53,136 nt of DNA from Polaromonas sp. Lineage in GTDB: Bacteria > Pseudomonadota > Gammaproteobacteria > Burkholderiales > Burkholderiaceae_C. Location: the NCBI GenBank assembly GCA_031393945.1, contig JANMWH010000080.1, forward strand, positions 1 through 53,136, in the 5' to 3' direction. The notes below the pieces were generated by a model. The model did not search any database. It was not told the DNA's origin and saw nothing but the letters and a program-made list of their open reading frames with translations. How positions within the stretch are numbered: the stretch's first letter is position 1; each line of letters begins with the position of its first letter. The translations under genes were made by a program, and so were the position numbers. Below, in pieces: positions 10,252 through 19,157 of this stretch.

Positions 10252-11522
10252 CTTTTGATGCTGAACTGAAGGCGCGCCTGCATTGGTCTGCCGATGCAGA
10301 TGCTGCTATCGAGCAGCGGGTGGCCAGCATCTTGGCCGACGTGCAAACGCGTGGCGATGCGGCAGTGCTGGAATACACCGCACGTTTCGATAGCTTGACC
10401 GTCCCGTCAATGGCTGCGCTGGAGCTGACGCAAGCCGAGCTTAAATCCGCATTCGATGCCATTCCTGCCGCTCAACGCGACGCACTTCAAGCAGCAGCCA
10501 AGCGCGTGCGCACTTATCACGAAGCACAAAAGCAAGCCAACGGCCAAAGCTGGAGCTACCGCGACGATTACGGCTCTTTGCTCGGCCAAAAAGTAACGCC
10601 ACTAGACCGCGTGGGCATTTACGTACCGGGCGGAAAAGCCGCTTACCCTTCTTCGGTGTTGATGAATGCGATACCCGCGCACGTGGCGGGTGTGGGTGAA
10701 ATCATCATGGTGGTGCCCACGCCCAAGGGCGAAAAGAACGCGCTTGTTTTGGCTGCGGCTTATGTTGCTGGCGTCACCCGCGCCTTCACTATCGGCGGCG
10801 CGCAAGCGGTGGCCGCCTTGGCCTATGGCACGCAAACCGTGCCCAAGGTCGACAAAATAACCGGCCCCGGCAACGCCTATGTGGCCAGCGCCAAAAAGCA
10901 TGTGTTTGGTACCGTCGGCATCGACATGATTGCTGGGCCCTCGGAGATTTTGGTGATTGCCGACGGCACCACGCCCGCCGACTGGGTGGCGATGGACTTG
11001 TTCAGCCAGGCCGAGCACGACGAGCTGGCGCAAAGCATTTTGCTTTGCCCCGATGCGGCGTACATTAACGCGGTTCAAGAAGCTATCAACCGCCTGCTGC
11101 CCACCATGCCGCGCGCTGCCATCATCGCCAAGTCATTGAATGACCGTGGCGCGTTGATCTTGACTCGCAGCATGGAAGAAGCCTGCGACATCAGCAACCG
11201 CATCGCTCCTGAACATTTGGAAGTCTCAAGCCGGAACCCACACAAATGGGAGCCACTGCTTAAGCACGCAGGCGCGATTTTCCTTGGCGCTTACACCAGC
11301 GAAAGCTTGGGCGATTATTGCGCTGGCCCCAACCACGTGCTGCCCACCAGTGGCACGGCCCGCTTTTCAAGCCCGCTGGGCGTGTACGACTTTCAAAAGC
11401 GCAGCAGCATCATTGAGGTCAGCGAGCAGGGCGCGCAGGTGCTCGGCAAAATTGCGGCTGAGCTGGCGTATGGTGAGGGCTTGCAGGCCCATGCGCGTGC
11501 AGCTGAGATGCGCCTTCGTTAG
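10206..11522 (+). CDS. hisD: Histidinol dehydrogenase
   Basis: [49 protein letters not shown]. Confidence 0.98.
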   Translation: MNLIAAPARIISANSTFDAELKARLHWSADADAAIEQRVASILADVQTRGDAAVLEYTARFDSLTVPSMAALELTQAELKSAFDAIPAAQRDALQAAAKRVRTYHEAQKQANGQSWSYRDDYGSLLGQKVTPLDRVGIYVPGGKAAYPSSVLMNAIPAHVAGVGEIIMVVPTPKGEKNALVLAAAYVAGVTRAFTIGGAQAVAALAYGTQTVPKVDKITGPGNAYVASAKKHVFGTVGIDMIAGPSEILVIADGTTPADWVAMDLFSQAEHDELAQSILLCPDAAYINAVQEAINRLLPTMPRAAIIAKSLNDRGALILTRSMEEACDISNRIAPEHLEVSSRNPHKWEPLLKHAGAIFLGAYTSESLGDYCAGPNHVLPTSGTARFSSPLGVYDFQKRSSIIEVSEQGAQVLGKIAAELAYGEGLQAHARAAEMRLR

Positions 11523-11526
11523 TTTT

Positions 11527-11550
11527 GCGGCCGAGATGCGGTTGAAGTAG
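11527..11550 (+). repeat. Degenerate tandem copy of the last 8 codons of hisD (AAEMRLK*)
   Basis: gcggccgagatgcggttgaagtag versus the hisD end gcagctgagatgcgccttcgttag (11499-11522). Confidence 0.7.
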
Positions 11551-11567
11551 TTTGTAATCGTTCAGGG

Positions 11568-11990
11568 TTAGGCTTTTTTGTGCTTTGTTTTAGCCGCTGT
11601 TTTAGCAACGGCCTTCGTCACTTTCTTCGGCTTGGCCAAGTTCTTTGCTGCCCGTGCCCGTAAAGCGCAATCCAGCGCCAGCGCCGCCCAAGGCCGCATC
11701 GCATCGGGTGAATCCATCGCTTCTTCAGGGCTGCTGAAGTAATTCATCGAACGCGGCACGCCCTTCATCGGGTAAGTAAATATCTTGCAGCCAGCCGCCT
11801 CGTATTGGCTGCGCGTGCTGTCGTCACCCTTCAGCCACAGCTTTTCACCGTCGCCCAAATCCGCAAGAATCGCAATCGTCAGCCCATCAATGCTGATGCC
11901 AAATCCGCCAAACATGCGCGTGGTTACGCAGCGGCCCGCGCTGGCCATCAAGTCGCAACAGTAGTTGGCGAAGTCTAGGTTTGTAGGCAT
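11568..11990 (-). CDS. TfoX/Sxy N-terminal domain protein
   Basis: RMFGGFGI, LWLKGDD, MNYFSSPEEAMD, WAALAL; Lys-rich tail; ATG at 11990. Confidence 0.85.
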   Translation of the reverse strand: MPTNLDFANYCCDLMASAGRCVTTRMFGGFGISIDGLTIAILADLGDGEKLWLKGDDSTRSQYEAAGCKIFTYPMKGVPRSMNYFSSPEEAMDSPDAMRPWAALALDCALRARAAKNLAKPKKVTKAVAKTAAKTKHKKA

Positions 11991-12000
11991 GATTTCGCGA

Positions 12001-12423
12001 TTAAACCAAAGCACTACCGACCTGCACCATCGCGCCTTGTAAATCCGCATCCAGCGTTGCCAGCGGCAAGCCTTCACGTAATGCCAATTCCAGATAAGCC
12101 GCATCGTATGACGACAGCCTGAAGCGCCGCGCCAATTGCAAGGTATCGCCCAAGGCCCGTGCGGCAGTGCTGCCGTCTACGGTGATAGTCATCTCTGACA
12201 GCAAGCCTACAAAGGCGCTTGCACGCGCTTCTGACACTAAACCCTTGGCTTGCGCTTTGACGAGCACATTGGCAACTTCCAGAGACCAGACGCCGGGCAC
12301 CAGCGCCTCGCTGGTGTCCTGGGTCAGCAAGTCCAGCACTTTGGATGCGTAGGCCAGCCGTTCTTCGCTGCCGTCATTCAGCAGCCAGCGCATGACCACT
12401 GAGTTATCCAGCACAAACCGCAT
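12001..12423 (-). CDS. vapC: VapC/PIN-domain toxin (TA pair 1)
   Basis: FVLDNSV, LEVANVL, LSSYDAAYLELA, LATLDADL. Confidence 0.92.
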   Translation of the reverse strand: MRFVLDNSVVMRWLLNDGSEERLAYASKVLDLLTQDTSEALVPGVWSLEVANVLVKAQAKGLVSEARASAFVGLLSEMTITVDGSTAARALGDTLQLARRFRLSSYDAAYLELALREGLPLATLDADLQGAMVQVGSALV

Positions 12424-12671
12424 CAGTCGCGGCCGGCGTCAATCAGGGTTTTGATGTCAAGCGCTTCAAGCCGTGGCGCGTCAAGCATCAAGCGCTGCAT
12501 ACCCGCTGCTGCCAACGCACCAGTACGGCGCACGCTGCTGCCCGCAGGCAGCAGGTCAGCCACAGGCTCGCCGCGCTGGGTGATGGTGAAGCCCTGTCCA
12601 TCACGTACCCGGCGCAACAAATCCGCCAAATGCGTTTTGGTTTCGTAGGAGCCTATGGATTGGAGTTGCAT
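12423..12671 (-). CDS. Phd/YefM-family antitoxin (TA pair 1)
   Basis: IGSYETKTHLADLLRRV...FTITQRGEPVADL; ATG at 12671; overlaps the toxin start by 1 nt. Confidence 0.9.
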   Translation of the reverse strand: MQLQSIGSYETKTHLADLLRRVRDGQGFTITQRGEPVADLLPAGSSVRRTGALAAAGMQRLMLDAPRLEALDIKTLIDAGRD

Positions 12672-12690
12672 GGTGTGGCCTTTTTTTGCA

Positions 12691-12711
12691 GTAGACCAGA
12701 TTGTAGACCAG
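12691..12711 (-). promoter_or_regulatory. Probable autoregulatory operator/promoter of TA pair 1
   Basis: Direct repeat gtagaccag x2; minus strand reads ctggtcTACAATctggtctac, containing a -10-like TACAAT. Confidence 0.5.
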
Positions 12712-12813
12712 TTACTCGGTGCGCACAATTCTTGAATACTCTTGCCTTGAGCTCTAATTTCATGGCCAGGCTGCGCATCACACGCACCGACTGGACGTTA
12801 GGTTAACCACTAC

Positions 12814-12837
12814 ACTTGACCATCTAAATAGTCAAGT
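12814..12837. promoter_or_regulatory. Probable operator of TA pair 2
   Basis: Inverted repeat acttgaccat-ctaa-atagtcaagt, 14 nt upstream of the antitoxin ATG; contains TTGACC. Confidence 0.55.
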
Positions 12838-12851
12838 AGAAAGGCTTGTCA

Positions 12852-13097
12852 ATGCAAGTCAGCGTAGCAGACATCAAAGCCAGGTTCACCGCCATTGCCC
12901 GGCAGGCTGATGCGGGGCAAGAGGTGATCATCACCAACCGGGGTCGGCCTGCTTACCGGCTGCTGCCCATTACCGCAGCCCCACTGCGTGCGCCTTTTCC
13001 TGACACCACTGCGCTGGCCATGCAGTCCAAACCGAGCCAAGTGCTGGTAAACGGCAACTTTGTAGTTGACTGGCGTGCGCAAAATGAGCGTTTTTAG
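12852..13097 (+). CDS. Phd/YefM-family antitoxin (TA pair 2)
   Basis: VSVADIKARF...GQEVIITNRGRPAYRL. Confidence 0.88.
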   Translation: MQVSVADIKARFTAIARQADAGQEVIITNRGRPAYRLLPITAAPLRAPFPDTTALAMQSKPSQVLVNGNFVVDWRAQNERF

Positions 13098-13103
13098 TCC
13101 GCC

Positions 13104-13550
13104 ATGCCCAACACCGTTTATATAGACACCAGCCTGTTGCTGGCCGCCTTTACCAACGAGCCGAGCCAGCAGACTGCGCTGGCACTGCTGCAAGACTCGC
13201 AGTGGACACAGGTGTGCGTCAGCGACTGGACTTTGGCCGAGTTTGCGTGCGCACTGCACGTCAAAGTACTGCGTGGCGAGACATCCATAGATGTGGCGCA
13301 CACCATTGACCAAACCGTCAAACGCTTGCTTGATGAGGGAGCCTTGCAACGTCTGCCCGTGTTGCGTGAAGACTACAGCGCTATGCAACGGGTGACTCCT
13401 GGTGTCAACTGCTTGGTGCGAGGTGCCGATGCGTTGCATTTGGCCGTAGCGGCCAGGAGCCGCATGACCCACTTCGCCAGTCTGGACAAAACGCAGCGCT
13501 TGGCAGCGCACCAATGGCTGAGCGACGTTCAATACGTACCTGAGCTATAA
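13104..13550 (+). CDS. vapC: VapC/PIN-domain toxin (TA pair 2)
   Basis: YIDTS, WTLAEF, GADALHLAVA, ASLD. Confidence 0.9.
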   Translation: MPNTVYIDTSLLLAAFTNEPSQQTALALLQDSQWTQVCVSDWTLAEFACALHVKVLRGETSIDVAHTIDQTVKRLLDEGALQRLPVLREDYSAMQRVTPGVNCLVRGADALHLAVAARSRMTHFASLDKTQRLAAHQWLSDVQYVPEL

Positions 13551-13560
13551 CTTAAAAATC

Positions 13561-13596
13561 ACACGAATTTCGTGCAACACGAATTTAGTGTATTAT
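13561..13596 (+). promoter_or_regulatory. Probable operator and -10 box of TA pair 3 (likely leaderless transcript)
   Basis: Two copies of acacgaattt(c/a)gtg (13561-13574, 13577-13590), each with an internal palindrome; then TATTAT at 13591-13596, 7 nt before ATG 13604. Confidence 0.6.
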
Positions 13597-13603
13597 TTAA
13601 GGT

Positions 13604-13837
13604 ATGAAAAACGTCACCATCACCGTTGAAGAATCCGCGCTCGAATGGGCTCGTATTGAGGCAGCCAAGCGCAACTCGAGTGTTTCGCGCCTGGTTGGCG
13701 AAATTTTGGCGGAAAAGATGAGGCAAGAAGACGCCTACGCGCAGGCTATGCGCGGCTGGTTGGGCAAGGAGCGGCAGTGGTCCTCTAGTGGCGCGGCGTA
13801 CCCAAGTCGTGACCAGACTTACGACCGCGCTGCATGA
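13604..13837 (+). CDS. Ribbon-helix-helix/CopG-like antitoxin (TA pair 3)
   Basis: MKNVTITVEE...ARIEAAKRNSSVSRLV; C-terminal YPSRDQTYDR; ATGA overlap with a PIN gene. Confidence 0.8.
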   Translation: MKNVTITVEESALEWARIEAAKRNSSVSRLVGEILAEKMRQEDAYAQAMRGWLGKERQWSSSGAAYPSRDQTYDRAA

Positions 13838-14280
13838 GCGGCAAAGTATTTGTCGATGCCAACATTCTGCTTTACAGCGAGGATGGCGCGGACCCCGCCA
13901 AGCAAGCGACAACATTGGCTTGGTTGCATGTTCTTTGGCAGCGGCGTATTGGCAGCCTGAGCACGCAGGTTCTCAATGAGTTTTATGTCAACGCCGTCCG
14001 AAAAATCAAACCACCCATGCCCGCTGGCGATGCAAGAGCCGAGGTGCGGCGTTACGCGCAGTGGCAGCCATGGACGATTGACCAGGCTACTGTGGAGTCT
14101 GCCTGGGCGGTAGAAAGTCGCTACGGTTTGCACTACTGGGACTGTTTGGTGGTGGCTGCGGCGCAGCATTCAGGCTGCCGCTACTTGCTGTCAGAAGACA
14201 TGCGGCATGAGCAGTATTACGACGCTGTGCAAGTGATCAACCCGTTCAAATCATCGATTGCACTGCTTGACACTTTATAA
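13834..14280 (+). CDS. vapC: PIN-domain toxin (TA pair 3)
   Basis: FVDANILLY, STQVLNEF, YWDCLVVAAA, LLSEDM, INPF. Confidence 0.9.
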   Translation: MSGKVFVDANILLYSEDGADPAKQATTLAWLHVLWQRRIGSLSTQVLNEFYVNAVRKIKPPMPAGDARAEVRRYAQWQPWTIDQATVESAWAVESRYGLHYWDCLVVAAAQHSGCRYLLSEDMRHEQYYDAVQVINPFKSSIALLDTL

Positions 14281-14305
14281 AAAAGATCCTTTTTTGAGCG
14301 AAGAA

Positions 14306-15391
14306 ATGACCCAGCCTATTCAAATAACGCATCCCCGCATCCGCCAAGACGTCCGGTCCATGCACGCCTACGCTATTCAAGACTCGACCGGCATGGTCAA
14401 GCTGGACGCGATGGAGAACCCGCACCGCTTGCCCGCTGCGCTGCAAGCGCATTTGGGGCAGCGGCTGGGCGCGCTGGCGTTTAACCGCTACCCCGATGGC
14501 CGGGTCAATGTCTTGCGCCGTGCGCTGGCTGACTATGCGCAGATGCCTGAGGGTTTTGACATCATGCTGGGCAATGGCTCGGACGAATTGATCTCGTTAC
14601 TGGCGCTGGCTTGTGATGTTCCCAATGCTTGTATTCTGTCGCCATTGCCAGGCTTTGTGATGTACGCGATGAGCGCCCAGCTACAAGGCTTAAAGTTCAT
14701 TGGCGTGCCCCTCACGGCCGACTTTGAACTAGACGAGGCCGCAATGCTGGCCGCCATCGCTGAACACAAACCCGCCATCACTTACCTGGCCTACCCCAAC
14801 AACCCCACGGCTAATTTGTGGGACGACGGGGCGATAGAAAACATCATCAATGCCGCAGGCAAGCAGGGCGGTTTGGTAGTGATGGACGAGGCCTATCAGC
14901 CGTTTGCCAGCAAAAGCTACATCAGCCGCATTGCTCAGCACAGCCACGTGCTACTGATGCGCACGCTGAGCAAGTTCGGCTTGGCGGGTGTGCGGCTGGG
15001 TTACATGATGGGCCCGAAAGCGCTGATCGCCGAGATTGACAAAGTCCGGCCACCTTACAACATTAGCGTGCTGAACTGTGAATGCGCGTTGTTCGCGCTT
15101 GAAAATCAAGATGTGTTTAAGGCACAAGCCCTTGATTTGATTGAACAGCGCGCTATGCTTTTAGAATCCTTGGGTAAGATTTCTGGCTTAGAGCACTGGA
15201 AAAGCGACGCCAACATGATCCTCGTTCGCGTGGCCGACAGCGCCAAAACTTTTGAGGGCATGAAAGCCCAAGGCGTGCTTATTAAAAACGTTTCTAAAAT
15301 GCACCCATTGCTCGCCAATTGTTTGCGCCTGACGGTGGGCACTGCAGATGAAAATCAGTTGATGCTGGCGGCGCTCAAAAACTCTTTATGA
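14306..15391 (+). CDS. hisC: Histidinol-phosphate aminotransferase
   Basis: [32 protein letters not shown]; ATG at 14306. Confidence 0.96.
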   Translation: MTQPIQITHPRIRQDVRSMHAYAIQDSTGMVKLDAMENPHRLPAALQAHLGQRLGALAFNRYPDGRVNVLRRALADYAQMPEGFDIMLGNGSDELISLLALACDVPNACILSPLPGFVMYAMSAQLQGLKFIGVPLTADFELDEAAMLAAIAEHKPAITYLAYPNNPTANLWDDGAIENIINAAGKQGGLVVMDEAYQPFASKSYISRIAQHSHVLLMRTLSKFGLAGVRLGYMMGPKALIAEIDKVRPPYNISVLNCECALFALENQDVFKAQALDLIEQRAMLLESLGKISGLEHWKSDANMILVRVADSAKTFEGMKAQGVLIKNVSKMHPLLANCLRLTVGTADENQLMLAALKNSL

Positions 15392-16005
15392 CCACAACCC
15401 CAATTTCCATGTTTTCTCCTCGCACTGCCGAGGTTTCGCGCAACACCGCCGAGACCAAAATCACCGTCAAGCTCAACCTGGATGGCACTGGCCAGTCCAA
15501 GCTGTCGACTGGCATCGGCTTTTTTGACCACATGCTCGACCAAATCGCCCGCCACGGCCTGATTGACCTCGACATTCATTGCGTGGGCGATCTGCACATT
15601 GACGGGCACCACACGGTTGAAGACGTGGGCATCACGCTTGGTCAAGCAGTTGCCAAAGCGGTGGGCGATAAAAAAGGGCTGCGCCGCTACGGCCACGCCT
15701 ACGTGCCGCTTGATGAAGCTTTGAGCCGCGTGGTCGTCGATTTTTCAGGCCGGCCAGGGCTGGAGATGCACGTACCGTTTAAAACCGAGCAAATCGGCAC
15801 GTTCGACAGCCAACTGGCGTACGAGTTTTTTCAGGGCTTTGTGAACCACGCCTTCGTCACCCTTCACATCGACAACCTGCGCGGCGAAAACTCGCATCAC
15901 CAGGCTGAGACGGTGTTTAAAGCCTTTGCCCGTGCCCTGCGCATGGCGTTAGAGATTGACCCGCGGGCAGCGAATGTCATCCCATCGACCAAAGGCTCGC
16001 TGTAA
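15388..16005 (+). CDS. hisB: Imidazoleglycerol-phosphate dehydratase
   Basis: [27 protein letters not shown]. Confidence 0.97.
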   Translation: MTTTPISMFSPRTAEVSRNTAETKITVKLNLDGTGQSKLSTGIGFFDHMLDQIARHGLIDLDIHCVGDLHIDGHHTVEDVGITLGQAVAKAVGDKKGLRRYGHAYVPLDEALSRVVVDFSGRPGLEMHVPFKTEQIGTFDSQLAYEFFQGFVNHAFVTLHIDNLRGENSHHQAETVFKAFARALRMALEIDPRAANVIPSTKGSL

Positions 16006-16067
16006 TCAAATTTCTGCCGTAGAGTGCTTAAAAAAGGCTAAAAACACCTCTTTTTAGGCATATTTTA

Positions 16068-16117
16068 GGCCTGAAGCCCAATAGATACGGGCGCGAGCAG
16101 CTTCTGATTTAATAGCA
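16068..16117 (+). repeat. Dispersed 50-bp motif, copy 3 (hisB-hisH intergenic)
   Basis: ggcctgaagccc-aatagatac-gggc-gcgagca-gcttc-tgattta-atagc-a, preceded by phased A/T tracts from about 16024. Confidence 0.88.
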
Positions 16118-16128
16118 ATTAATCTGTA

Positions 16129-16806
16129 ATGACCTCACCAAAAACTGTTGCGGTAATTGACTACGGCATGGGCAACCTGCGCTCAGTGTCACAAGCTGTG
16201 CAGCATGTTGCTCAGGGCAGTGGTGTGGATGTGATCGTCACGTCAAACCCTGCAGAAGTGATGGCGGCTGAGCGCATCGTGCTTCCGGGCCAGGGCGCGA
16301 TTGCTGACTGCATGCACGAGCTGGCTGAATCGGGCCTGCTCGAATCAGTGTTGCACGCCGCAGCCAACAAGCCGCTGTTTGGCGTGTGTGTGGGCATGCA
16401 GATGCTGCTCACGCACAGCGCAGAAGGCCGGCCCGGCGATGGCGGCGTGGGCACGCAGGGGCTGGGTTTGATCCCCGGCGAAGTGTTGAAATTTGACTTG
16501 GCGGGGCAGCTTCAAGCAGACGGCAGCCGCTATAAAGTGCCGCAAATGGGGTGGAACCAGGTCAAGCAGTCAGCGCCCGCTCACCCTTTGTGGGCAGGCG
16601 TGCCTGATGAGTCCTACTTTTATTTTGTGCACAGCTTTTACGCCCGTCCGTCTGATGCGCGCCACACTGCTGGCATGGCCAACTACGGCCAGCCCTTTAC
16701 AGCGGCGATTGCACGCGATAATATTTTTGCCACCCAGTTTCACCCCGAAAAAAGCGCAACCCAAGGCCTGGCCTTGTACCGCAATTTTTTGAACTGGACC
16801 CCTTAA
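16129..16806 (+). CDS. hisH: Imidazole glycerol phosphate synthase, glutaminase subunit
   Basis: [30 protein letters not shown]. Confidence 0.97.
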   Translation: MTSPKTVAVIDYGMGNLRSVSQAVQHVAQGSGVDVIVTSNPAEVMAAERIVLPGQGAIADCMHELAESGLLESVLHAAANKPLFGVCVGMQMLLTHSAEGRPGDGGVGTQGLGLIPGEVLKFDLAGQLQADGSRYKVPQMGWNQVKQSAPAHPLWAGVPDESYFYFVHSFYARPSDARHTAGMANYGQPFTAAIARDNIFATQFHPEKSATQGLALYRNFLNWTP

Positions 16807-16835
16807 ATCTCATTTGCTTTGTTTTTGATTGCCAC

Positions 16836-17576
16836 ATGCTACTTATCCCTGCGATTGACCTGAAAGACGGTCACTGCGTACGCCTCAAGCAAGGCGACAT
16901 GGATCAATCCACCGTCTTCAGCGAAGACCCCGCCGCCATGGCGCGCAACTGGGTCAACAAAGGGGCCAGACGTCTGCACTTGGTAGACCTTAACGGTGCA
17001 TTTGCTGGCAAACCCAAAAACGACGCAGCGATTAAAAAAATACTCGCCGAAGTTGGCCTGGAAATTGACGTTCAACTAGGTGGCGGCATACGCGACCTCG
17101 ACACGATTGAGCGCTATTTAGATGCAGGTTTGCGTTACGTCATCATCGGCACGGCAGCTGTAAAAAACCCCGGTTTTTTGCAAGACGCCTGTACCGCATT
17201 CGGCGGTCACATCATTGTGGGCCTAGACGCCAAAGACAGCAAAGTTGCCACCGACGGCTGGAGCAAAATCACCGCGCACAACGTGATTGACCTGGCCAAA
17301 AAGTTCGAAGACTTTGGTGTTGAATCCGTAATCTACACAGACATTGGCCGTGACGGCATGCTGAGCGGCATCAACATGGAAGCCACCGTTAGATTAGCTC
17401 AGGCTTTGACCATTCCCGTCATTGCCTCTGGCGGCTTGTCAAACATGGCCGATATTGAAGCGCTGTGTGCCGTGGAAGACGACGGCGTAGAGGGCGTGAT
17501 CTGCGGCCGCGCGATTTACAGCGGGGACTTGGATTTTGAGGCGGCGCAGGCTAGGGCAGATGAGTTGAATGGATGA
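16836..17576 (+). CDS. hisA: ProFAR isomerase
   Basis: [33 protein letters not shown]. Confidence 0.97.
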   Translation: MLLIPAIDLKDGHCVRLKQGDMDQSTVFSEDPAAMARNWVNKGARRLHLVDLNGAFAGKPKNDAAIKKILAEVGLEIDVQLGGGIRDLDTIERYLDAGLRYVIIGTAAVKNPGFLQDACTAFGGHIIVGLDAKDSKVATDGWSKITAHNVIDLAKKFEDFGVESVIYTDIGRDGMLSGINMEATVRLAQALTIPVIASGGLSNMADIEALCAVEDDGVEGVICGRAIYSGDLDFEAAQARADELNG

Positions 17577-17581
17577 TTCGA

Positions 17582-17974
17582 TCAGCGAATCATCAACACC
17601 TTCACCCCAACCGCCTCTGCAATAGCCATCCACGGCCTGTTTGACGTGACAGCCGTACCGTTCATCAGCTTGGCCAAGCCCAAGCAGGCGCGGTCGCCAA
17701 GTGACAAGCCTGCGGATTTGGTAAGGGGCCTGAGTTCGGCACACGTCAAAGCTTGTTCCTGATTGAAGTCAATGACATCGACTATGAATTGCCCAATAGC
17801 CCGCTTTAATTCCTGCGGCGGCAGGCCAAATTCCAGCATCTTGCTAGCCACTTCGGCCATGTTCACGCTGCTGATGACGCAGTCTCCTGAGTCTAACAAA
17901 TCCAGCACCAAATCTGCACCTTTTTCTCCTTTGCTTACGGCCAGCAAAGCAGACGCATCCAGGACGTGGATCAT
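17582..17974 (-). CDS. vapC: VapC/PIN-domain toxin (TA pair 4)
   Basis: VLDASALLA, SSVNMAEV, GLSLGDRACL. Confidence 0.9.
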   Translation of the reverse strand: MIHVLDASALLAVSKGEKGADLVLDLLDSGDCVISSVNMAEVASKMLEFGLPPQELKRAIGQFIVDVIDFNQEQALTCAELRPLTKSAGLSLGDRACLGLAKLMNGTAVTSNRPWMAIAEAVGVKVLMIR

Positions 17975-18228
17975 TCCTGGTCTTCGCGTTGCGCTTCCAG
18001 GCGGCGGTCAGCAATGAGTTCATCGACGATGCTGCGCCCGGGTGTTGGCGGCAGTACGCTGTCAAAATACGCACGCATTTTGGCTCGTCGCTCTGATGCA
18101 GACGTCAGCACCAGACTGCCATCTTTGACTTCTATGAAAATACGTGAGTTGGGCTTAAAGCCGAGTTGCTCACGCAACGCGGCGGGTATCAGTACCCGGC
18201 CGTTTTCAGACATGGCTAACGAGGTCAT
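17971..18228 (-). CDS. AbrB/MazE/SpoVT-family antitoxin (TA pair 4)
   Basis: [29 protein letters not shown]; ATG at 18228. Confidence 0.88.
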   Translation of the reverse strand: MTSLAMSENGRVLIPAALREQLGFKPNSRIFIEVKDGSLVLTSASERRAKMRAYFDSVLPPTPGRSIVDELIADRRLEAQREDQE

Positions 18229-18239
18229 AATATTCACTT

Positions 18240-18284
18240 TCTGACAATAATTCATATTCTGTCAGATTTCAATTATTTGTCAAA
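18240..18284. promoter_or_regulatory. Probable operator of TA pair 4, in the AT-rich divergent region before hisF
   Basis: Inverted repeat tctgaca-N13-tgtcaga (18240-18266) plus a third half-site tgtcaaa (18278-18284). Confidence 0.5.
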
Positions 18285-18303
18285 TTTACAAAATAAGTCA
18301 CTG

Positions 18304-19083
18304 ATGCTTGCCAAACGAATCATTCCTTGCTTAGACGTCACCGGAGGCCGAGTCGTCAAGGGCGTCAACTTCACGCAGTTGCGCGATGCGGGTGACCCAG
18401 TAGAAATTGCCGCCCGCTACAACGACCAAGGCGCTGACGAACTGACTTTTTTAGACATCACCGCCACCAGCGACGGCCGCGATTTGATTTTGCACATCAT
18501 TGAAGCGGTGGCTAGCCAAGTGTTTATTCCGCTGACGGTGGGCGGCGGCGTGCGCACGGTTGAAGACGTGCGGCGACTGCTCAATGCCGGGGCTGACAAA
18601 ACCAGTTTTAACTCCGCCGCCATTGCCAACCCGCAGGTCATTGTTGACGCGTCCGCCAAATATGGCGCGCAGTGCATTGTGGTGGCCATTGACGCTAAGG
18701 GCCGCAGTGAAGAAGATGTCAAAACACGCGGGCCAGGCTGGGACGTTTACAGCCACGGTGGCCGAAAAAACACCGGGTTGGATGCGGTTGCGTGGGCAGT
18801 TGAAATGGTGCGGCGCGGCGCAGGCGAACTTTTGTTGACCAGCATGGACCGCGACGGCACCAAATCAGGTTTTGATCTGGCACTTACTCGCGCTGTGAGT
18901 GACGCGGTCAGCGTGCCGGTGATTGCGTCCGGCGGCGTCGGCAACTTGGCACATTTGGCTGACGGTATTCAAACCGGCGGAGCCGATGCAGTGCTGGCGG
19001 CAAGCATCTTTCACTACGGCGAATACACGGTGCAGCAAGCCAAGCAGCACATGGCTTCACGCGGCATACCGGTGCGGGTCTAA
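18304..19083 (+). CDS. hisF: Imidazole glycerol phosphate synthase, cyclase subunit
   Basis: [35 protein letters not shown]; ATG at 18304. Confidence 0.97.
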   Translation: MLAKRIIPCLDVTGGRVVKGVNFTQLRDAGDPVEIAARYNDQGADELTFLDITATSDGRDLILHIIEAVASQVFIPLTVGGGVRTVEDVRRLLNAGADKTSFNSAAIANPQVIVDASAKYGAQCIVVAIDAKGRSEEDVKTRGPGWDVYSHGGRKNTGLDAVAWAVEMVRRGAGELLLTSMDRDGTKSGFDLALTRAVSDAVSVPVIASGGVGNLAHLADGIQTGGADAVLAASIFHYGEYTVQQAKQHMASRGIPVRV

Positions 19084-19086
19084 ATG

Positions 19087-19123
19087 AAAAAGCTGAGCTC
19101 TGTTCCCAGAGCTCAGCTTTTTT
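19087..19123. terminator. Bidirectional Rho-independent terminator between hisF and the fasciclin gene
   Basis: aaaaagctgagctctg-ttcc-cagagctcagcttttt: perfect stem with A and T tails. Confidence 0.85.
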
Positions 19124-19157
19124 CAAAGAAGCATTCGCCGCAACACGCGGTGGGCAG

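Noticed and set aside
17639-17641. Asn instead of Asp at the last PIN acidic position of VapC 4 (TSNR)
   Set aside because: This position varies among PIN domains; not enough to call the toxin inactive
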